A DNA stretch of 64,000 nt from Eledone cirrhosa (taxonomy: Eukaryota): NCBI GenBank assembly GCA_964016885.1, contig OZ024753.1:27156001-27220000 (forward strand). Reading direction: 5' to 3'. The notes beneath the pieces were generated by a model. The model ran no database searches. It saw only the letters and a list, made by a program, of their open reading frames with translations, and had not been told where the DNA came from. A program made the position numbers and the translations under genes. Shown piece by piece: positions 55,403-64,000 of the stretch (its first letter is position 1; each line of letters opens with the position of its first letter).

Positions 55403-56869
55403 CTACCTTTCCGCTTCCCGGGGTTCGGGTCGCACGACTTCCATGGCGTCGGGGGTGTTGGGTGAAGGGGTGTCTTGTGGTGGTGTGGGGTCGTCAGTGT
55501 GTGGTGGGGTTGGGGTGTTTGGAGTTGTGTTGGGGAGGGGAAGGGGAGGGGGAAAGCTTTTTAGTAGGACGCGGTTTATGGGTTTGACAGAGGGTGGTCC
55601 TACGTCCTCCTTAAAATCCTCTTTTAGTTTTTGGTAGAGGTTCATTGGGATCTTTATTAATTTTAAATGTGGGTAGTTTTCTGAAGAAACAAAGTTTACA
55701 CCTTCGGTTTGTACCGAAGGATTATTGTTTATGAGTTCATTTAATTTATTATTGTTTCTGTTGATGTAAGTATAGTGTAATGTCTTTTTTTCGGATGGTG
55801 TGAGTGTTTCGAAGAGGGGAGGGGCAGGTTTGGTTTTGTTTGTTGCTGGAGGGGTGTTTTCTGTTTTGTTGGATTGTGTTGACATTTGGGCGGGGGTTGT
55901 TTGGCCTTGTGTGTTTTGCACATGTTTTCCTTTTTTCCTTTTAATCTGTCTGAAGGACTCCGTTTCTTCCTCCGAATTCGTTGGGTTATCTTCAGTGTTG
56001 GAGGGAAGAGGTATGTTTGCTGGTAATGTTTCCGTGTTGGTTTTCTTCGTGGGGGAGATGGATGTCACTATGTTAGACTGTGTTGTGTGTTGTGTCTGCG
56101 GTGGTTGTGTTGTTTTATTGAGTGAGGGGTTGGGTGGGCCTGTATTTTGTTTTGGGGTAATGCGTTGTGACTGTTTGTGTTGTGGTGGTGGTGTAGTTTT
56201 ACTGAGGGACGGGTTGGGTGGGACTGAGTTTTGTTGTTTGTTTATCTGTTGTGGTGGTGGTGGTGGTGGAGCTGGTGTTGGTAGCAGGGTTTTCTTTTTG
56301 TTGAGTTGGGGACAAGCGGCCTTCAGGTGCCCTCTGCCTGCACAGATATGACAGGACGGCCTTCTCCCTTCCACGCTAATGTTTATATACCCATGGCCCT
56401 CTAATAGGATTCTGTCGGGTATTTGGGCGATGCGTTCAGGCTTCATTTGCACTACCAGCTCTATACCTGTTCCACTGAACGCATTGCCTGTGGTTTTCCC
56501 AATGGAAATCACGTTGTCATTCACTGGATCGATGAAGCCAGCTATGAGCCAGCAGTAGTCCACATCTGGCATCATTGCATCCAGCCATATGCGTTGAGTT
56601 CTTTTACCCATATAAGATGGATAAAAGGTAAAATTTTTCGAACGAATCGGTGACAAAGCACATTTTTTTGCCGCCGATTCGTTCTTCATGATAATTGCTA
56701 GGCTTCCATACAGTCTGTCTTTTCTTATGAAAGTGGTTTCATTAAGTACTTCTGTGAGTACTGTTTTGATATCTGCTTGAGAAGGCTGTTCAGGTTTTTT
56801 TGAAGTGTTGTTGATGGTGCGGAACACGACCGTTCGACTTTCAATGTCTTTGGTGAGTTCTTGAGGCAT
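55403..56869 (-). CDS. L1/Tx1 ORF1 (gag-like nucleic-acid-binding protein)
   Basis: CHICAGRGHLKAAC zinc knuckle and a Pro/Thr/Gln-rich tail. The frame extends upstream to ATG 57136 across one TGA at 56930-56932. Confidence 0.85.
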   Translation of the reverse strand: MPQELTKDIESRTVVFRTINNTSKKPEQPSQADIKTVLTEVLNETTFIRKDRLYGSLAIIMKNESAAKKCALSPIRSKNFTFYPSYMGKRTQRIWLDAMMPDVDYCWLIAGFIDPVNDNVISIGKTTGNAFSGTGIELVVQMKPERIAQIPDRILLEGHGYINISVEGRRPSCHICAGRGHLKAACPQLNKKKTLLPTPAPPPPPPQQINKQQNSVPPNPSLSKTTPPPQHKQSQRITPKQNTGPPNPSLNKTTQPPQTQHTTQSNIVTSISPTKKTNTETLPANIPLPSNTEDNPTNSEEETESFRQIKRKKGKHVQNTQGQTTPAQMSTQSNKTENTPPATNKTKPAPPLFETLTPSEKKTLHYTYINRNNNKLNELINNNPSVQTEGVNFVSSENYPHLKLIKIPMNLYQKLKEDFKEDVGPPSVKPINRVLLKSFPPPLPLPNTTPNTPTPPHTDDPTPPQDTPSPNTPDAMEVVRPEPREAER

Positions 56870-57872
56870 TTTTACCGATAAAATACCATTCTCTCCTTCA
56901 CTTATGTATTGTTTGGCGTCTGTGATTCTTCATGCCACATCTGAAATATTTTCGAGTATATATGTCAAAGATTTCTTTGTTGTTTGTGCAAATGAAATCT
57001 TGACTCTGTCGTCTGCTTTGCTTTCTGTTATGGTGTTATTTTCAAATGTTATTTTTGTGTTTGTTGTGTCTTTGTTTGTGGTATTAGTATTGTCATGCAA
57101 TTTTTCAAATTTTTTTTTTTCGTTGTTGGAATCCATATCCAGATTTGTGTTTTCGTCATTTTTCTCCGCAGATTCGTCTGTTTTTATTTTAATTTTTCCT
57201 TCCTTCTCTATGACGTTAGTTGGGAAGGAAGGGGGGAACTAAAGCGTGCGAGCTTACAACTCTTACCGCTGTCCCCCCACCACTATTTTCGTTCGCTTCG
57301 TTTAACATTTCTGTCAGACGATCGAAATTTTTTTGCCACAACATTTTTTAAAACAGGTTTTTCACCTCTAGGAGGGGTAAAGATGAGCTGACCCACCGCC
57401 TGACAGTTCAGGCGGGGGGTCAAGCTACACAATAGTATCAAAATTAAATTTGAACTCACAAAATTTCCGCAATAAATTTGAACAAAACTTCTGCGCGAAG
57501 TGAATTACATCCACACTGTAGAACAGACGACAGCTAGATTTGTAGATAATTAAATAGATAGATATATAGTTGGATATATATATATTTCCCAATAAGTTAT
57601 CCAGTTATTGACGCCCTGGGGTGAAGTCGTATCTTTAAAGCGTAGAAATATCCTAGACCCCCCAGTAGACAACTGATGAGCCCCCCCCCCTGTTCTTGCT
57701 TTCTTCGTATTCCGACTGCATTTTAAGTTACCTTAAATAGCAACTACACAGCCATTTCTATTCTCCATATATATATATATATTATACAATATATTAATAA
57801 ATGGAAACTATATTTATAAAACCATAATTATTTTATTATATATATTTCAAGGGCAACCAATAAATATAACTT

Positions 57873-57953
<81 letters not shown>

Positions 57954-59433
57954 GACCCACATATATATATATAGACCCACGGCCTGAACTCCCCACCCTT
58001 ATTCCTTTAGCCTTCAACCGCCCCCCCCCACATATCCCCCACTAACACCACTAACACACCCCTCCTTTTCACCGCCCACCCCCAAAACTAACAATACCAA
58101 CACCTCCACTCCACCCCTCATCCGACCACCCTTCCCCAACTAACATACTAACATCCCTCCCTTCTTCTCCTCCCCTCTCCTTATCTCACGCACACACCCA
58201 CCGGCACATATATACACGCGCTCACACTAAACACACACCCTACTACCACCACTAACCCTCACCCCCACACATCCATCCCACCACCCCGCAACTAACATCA
58301 CTAACACCCCCTGACCCCAAGCACACGAACACACGCACCCACTTACACCACCCACCCCACACGCAACTAACATCACTAACACCCCCTAACCCCACGCACA
58401 CGTACACACACACCCTCGTACACCACCAACTCTACACACCCTACCACCACTAACCCCCACTCACACCCGCATTCAACCCTTTCTCCACCTCCCGTATACT
58501 AACACCCACTAACACCCCCTTCATCAAACTACACACACACCAGTACACCACACTCCCTCCATCGACCCCCACACCCTTCTCTCCCCGCTGCACCCACACC
58601 CTTTCTCCAACACTCACTCATCCCACTAACACCTCTACTAATACACACACACACCCTCCTCACTCCAACTTTCACACCTACCCATCCTCTCCCCTTTACC
58701 ATCCACCCTACTGCTGCTATGCCCTCTGACCACCTCCCAGCACACACAGACACACAGCACTCCTACTGCCTTGACCACTTCCTGTTGCGCGCGCACCCCA
58801 CATCTCCCCTCTTCCGACCATCTCTTCACGGATTACTCGTATGTGGACCTTGACCGCGGAATCAACTACCATCCTAGGAGTTTACCAACCATTCAACCAC
58901 ATCTTCTTACGGAATCACCTTTATAACTCCCCCCCCCCCCCCAAAAATGTTTTTCCCACACGCCACCTACACCCACAACACGCTTAACCCCACACACACG
59001 TGCTTTCCACCACATATTTACACATTCAGCCTCCGGATTCCTCTCCCCCCACCCCTCTATCCACACACGCACACACACTCCGACCTACACCCCACCCCCA
59101 CTCACCTCTTCCTGAACATGCAACCCCGTTCTTCCCCCAACCCTTGCTTTCACATACACACACACACACACACACGTACACCTACACACACACACACCAC
59201 CTTCAGCCCTCCCCGCTCGGACACCCCGTCTCCCTCTCCCCACTCCACCCGCCACCGCCCCTACACGCCCCACATCCTTCCACCACCTGTTTTACCCCAT
59301 TTTAATTTTATTTTATTTTGATCATGCTTTTATTTTTAATTTCATTCGCACCGTTTCCTCCCACCGCCTTTTCGCTATATGTCTCTCCACCACTCCCCTA
59401 CACACCCTTTGAACTCTCTTCCCACACACTTTT

Positions 59434-59467
59434 CACCTGAAGAAGGCCTTATGCCCGAAACGTCGTT
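59434..59467 (+). ncRNA. Minimal hammerhead motif in a PLE tail relic
   Basis: cAC-CTGAAGA-aGGC cttat GCCc-GAAA-CG-TC-GT with palindromic ACGT. The tail runs into (TA)n at ~59556. Confidence 0.6.
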
Positions 59468-59553
59468 CCCCACCACCACCCCACTCTCAAGAGCGTGAAA
59501 TTAATAAACATTCGTTGTACTGCCTCTCTGTTTTGTTCCTGTTCAAATTTTCC

Positions 59554-60056
<503 letters not shown>

Positions 60057-60059
60057 ATA

Positions 60060-60091
<32 letters not shown>

Positions 60092-60092
60092 A

Positions 60093-60123
<31 letters not shown>

Positions 60124-60511
60124 AATATACATATCTATATACATATATATACATATATATATATATATACATATATATACATTAATATATATACATAGAT
60201 GTATATATATATATATATATGCATTACTCTCTCTATATATATATACATATATATGTATATATATATATACATATATATATACATGCATATTTATATGCAT
60301 TACTCTATATATGTATATATATATATATATATACATTATTCTATATATGTATATATATATATATATATATCGACATATATATATATATATATAGATATAC
60401 ATTACTTTATATATGATATGTATATATATATATATACATTATTCTCTCTCTCTCTATATATATATCGAGATATATATATAGATATACATTACTCTATATA
60501 TGTATATATAC

Positions 60512-60692
<181 letters not shown>

Positions 60693-60701
60693 CTCTATAA
60701 A

Positions 60702-60738
<37 letters not shown>

Positions 60739-61017
60739 TGTTATACATATATATATATATAGATTACTCTCTCTCTCTCTCTATATATATATAGTAATGT
60801 AGATAGACTGAAAAATAGTTAGTTAGATGGATAGATTAATAGATAGATAGTTAGATAAAGAAGAGAGAGTGTGTGTACGTGCGTGTGAGAAAGAGAGAAA
60901 TGATAGATGCGGAATGGGGTTTAAGGGGGGAAAAGGTGGTTGAGTGAGTAGGTGGAGGGGTATGTCGATTCTGTATCGGTTAGGAAGCTGTTAGTTTAGA
61001 TGCTGTAGTTGTCAAGC

Positions 61018-61416
61018 ATGGCAAGTAAATTAATGGATTTTGTCGTACAGCCTAAGCACTTGTTGCTGTTACTACTAATTCTTGCCTCTCGGCACACCAC
61101 CACTAGCAGCACCACCGCCAGTACCACAAGCATCATTCCTAGTATCACCAACATTAGCATCAACACTAATACCAACTCTAATAACAATGTTCGTAACACG
61201 GCCAGCATTACTAACACTACTAAATATTTTCACAGCTTATTTCTGGATCCTTACGCAAAGTACCATTTGTCGTGGAAGTTTAGTAAATGTTCGATCAAGT
61301 TTCAAGTCCGGGTGAATACAACTGGATATGTAGGGTTCGGCATTTCGCCGGACGGCAGCATGAGAAATTCTGATATTGTAATTGGAGGCGTAAGAAATGG
61401 AAAACCTTACTTTTCG
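61018..61416 (+). CDS. First coding exon of a DOMON-domain protein, most like DBH-like monooxygenase (MOXD1 family)
   Basis: Hydrophobic signal (HLLLLLLILAS), a Thr/Ser/Asn-rich spacer, then LDPYAKYHLSWKF...IKFQVRVNTTGYVGFGISPDGSMRNSDIVIGGVRNGKPYFS and a phase-0 donor G|GTAAGT at 61417. Confidence 0.85.
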
Positions 61417-61540
61417 GTAAGTTAAATCGCATAATGTTTCACGTACAGTTGCTAATGTTATTGTTGTTATTGATTGTTGCGATATATAATTAAAATTATT
61501 CTAGTAACGTCTTTTAGTGGTATGTAATACATCATATATA

Positions 61541-61697
61541 GGAGGTGAATTGGCAGAGTCGTTAGAACGTCGGCTAGAATGCTTTATGGTATTCGTCCCG
61601 GCTCTCTGCTCTCTGAGTTCAAATCCCGCGAAGGTCAACTTTGCCCTTCATCCTTTCGAGGTCGATAAAAAAAGTACCAGTCTAGTACTGGGATCGA
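61541..61697 (+). mobile_element. tRNA-derived SINE (intronic)
   Basis: GGAGGTGAATTGGCAGAGTCGTTAG...GAGTTCAAATCC...GGTCGATAAA...GTACCAGT. Confidence 0.8.
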
Positions 61698-62427
61698 GTC
61701 TTCCTCTATATCTCTTTTTCATTTCCTCTCTGTCACTTTCTATCCTTCTCTGGAAGAAATCTGCTGTATTCAGACCTGGAAAGGAGATGGGCACTACCAG
61801 GTTTTAAAAAATGCCTTAGAAACGCCGTATGTCAATATGGCGTCCCTACGACTCCCTCAGGAGTTACGGGTCCATACCATACCAGTATATCATCTAATGT
61901 GTATATCTTGATATAAAACGAGAGGGTAGGATTAGTGAGATATTTGGCTGCTATTTTTAGTAGATAAACCGTTGGTTCGTGCTTGCTGTTGATATTTAGC
62001 TTCAGGTCCAAAACGAGGACAGTGAATTTAGGACCAAACTATCAAATATGTCTTTCCTTCTTTATAGACAGTATGGTAAGATTTCATGGAGATTTGGTTG
62101 TTATTTCTAGCAGTGCAGATTGATTGCAGATTGATCACATAGATATATAATCAAAGGGCTTCCAACCGTGTCATTCCATTTGATTTTCAGATTTAGTGCA
62201 TATACGACCACATTATTACGTCATTTCTTTAAAAAATAAAAGCAGTGAATGAAAAATAAAAGCAGTGAATGATTTGAAGGGGTTTGGGTTACTATTTCTA
62301 GCAGCAGCAATTACGATGTTGCTTGGCCCCTGGTCAGTTTTGCTCCAAAAGCATTCCAAACGTGTTCACCGCCTAGCGATAATGTTTCAAGAACTACATT
62401 ATCTAATGTGTCTTTACTTTTTAAAAC

Positions 62428-62987
62428 AATGGTTTCTGATTTAAGCACAAGGCCAGCAATTTTGGGGGAAGAGGAAAGTCGATAAAATTGACCCCAGTGC
62501 GTTACTGGTACTTTATTTTATTGACCTCGAGGGATAATTAGCAAAGCTAACCGTGACGATATTTGAACTCAGAACGTAAAAGAACGCAAAGCATATTGTC
62601 CGATGTTCTTGATAATGGTTTCTGATTCAGACACAAGGCCAACAATTACTGGTGCTTTATTTTATCGATCCCGTAAGGATAGAAGGCAAAGTTAACCTTG
62701 GCAGGATTTGAACTCAGAACATAGAGTCGTAACTCTATGTCGCAAAACATTTTGTCCGACGCTCTACTGATTCTGCCAATCCACCGCCGTTTTACTTTTT
62801 AAAATAATTGTTTCTACTTTAGGCACAAAGCCAGCAATTACCCAGTGCATTACTGGTACTTTATTTTATCGACCCCGTAAGGATGAAAGGCAAAGTCAAC
62901 CTCGGCGGGATTTGAACTCAGATCGTAAACGGACGTAACTATGCTGGAAAGCATGGCGTCCGACCCTCTACCGATACTGCCAATCCA
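62428..62987 (-). mobile_element. Three tandem SINE copies (intronic)
   Basis: Copies at ~62428-62610, 62612-62789 and 62803-62987, differing in divergence. Confidence 0.85.
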
Positions 62988-63716
62988 AAAATAATAGGTT
63001 AAAGAATTAGCTAGTGTTTCTAGCAAGGATCAACCACAAAGTGACCCCTGGCCCCTTCGTGACAGGCGATAATGACGTTGTTGATATTGTTAAGCCTCTT
63101 ATCGGTTCTGTTTGACATATGATCAAAGACATTTCAGGCGTGAGTCAACCCACTCCTTGCTGTGTCCTTGCTGATTTGGGTGAATCAAGCTGATATTTGA
63201 TACAGTATGACCGAGCGTCTTAGCAACGATGATGTTGATGTCAATGGAGTTTTTATTGTTGTTGTTTAGTCATATGTCAGTTTTGACCACAGGTCAGTGG
63301 CCAGGCTTTGATGCTTGAGGTGTGAAGTTAAGGAGTAAATTTAACTTCAGAACATTCTGGGTGGCTACTCTTTCGCAAATAAGGTATTATAGGACGTTTG
63401 AGTGCAAAAACTATTTTCTATATCTGAGGCTGAACCATTGAAACGTAGGATGGTGGGTCAGTGCCATCCAGCGCCACCTCTTGGCCATGGGACTAAGCTG
63501 ATTTATGACATACCCACCGTGATATCATCTTTTTCTACTTTATGACTGGATTATCCAATGTGTCTTTCCATTTTTCAAGAAGGTATGGTGTGAAAGATTT
63601 CACTACGATTTTTAACAGTCAGAATAACTGCATAAATGCTCCATAGTTAGTGGTGTCACGTGTTTCTATCTGCACGTGTATACATTCATGTTTTCATGCC
63701 TGTATGTGTGTGAGCG

Positions 63717-63764
63717 TGCGTATAACATGTTGCATGCTCAGATGCATGCAACATGTTATACGCA
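63717..63764. repeat. Perfect hairpin, 21-bp arms, 6-nt loop
   Basis: TGCGTATAACATGTTGCATGC-tcagat-GCATGCAACATGTTATACGCA. Confidence 0.9.
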
Positions 63765-64000
63765 TATATTTCGGAATAGAGATGTTCGGACAAGTGTTTA
63801 GTAAATATGTTATTTATGTTGTTTAATAGATTCTGAAGAAATCAATTAAGTAGAAATATCTTTTCCTATTGTATTGATTGAAACATTCGTAAATCAATTA
63901 AATAATTTAGTGTAATTTAATCCTGGTTATTTTGTTTTCATTTTATATTTGCTCTGTGATATTGTAAAAACTACTGTGATTGAAAATTCTCCGATTGGAT

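Larger units (their letters stand above)
51730..57540 (-). mobile_element. Near full-length L1/Tx1-clade non-LTR retrotransposon
   Basis: ORF1 with a CCHC knuckle, ORF2 with APE-RT-zinc finger, and AATAAA at the 3' end. A 12-bp TSD TGTAGATAATTA (51718-51729, 57541-57552) lies in TAGA-rich DNA. Confidence 0.92.

Noticed and set aside
56930-56932. Programmed read-through at the in-frame TGA in L1/Tx1 ORF1
   Set aside because: The element has several other disabling lesions, so a simple nonsense mutation is more likely.

Overview
AT-rich, microsatellite-dense animal genomic DNA. The dominant tRNA-type SINE suggests an octopod cephalopod (inference from memory). The window is almost all transposon-derived. 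It contains a near-intact CR1-type LINE RT, two 5'-truncated Penelope-like elements (PLEs; GIY-YIG, YRDD-type RT, Naiad-like), a near full-length L1/Tx1 element plus truncated copies in (TCTA)n tracts, a non-autonomous Helitron with two spliced exons, RTE, R4-like and mariner relics, MITEs and about 13 SINE copies. The only clear host coding exon is the first exon of a DOMON/DBH-like monooxygenase at 61018-61416. The main hidden signal is about 18 type-I hammerhead ribozyme (HHR) motifs from about 8 sequence families. Most lie in head-to-head inverted repeats whose outer ends terminate in (TA)n. They include C3-G8/U3-A8 core covariation and a ~660-nt HHR monomer present as ~1.3 tandem copies (retrozyme-like). 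All folds and alignments were made by eye, and boundaries may be off by a few bases.
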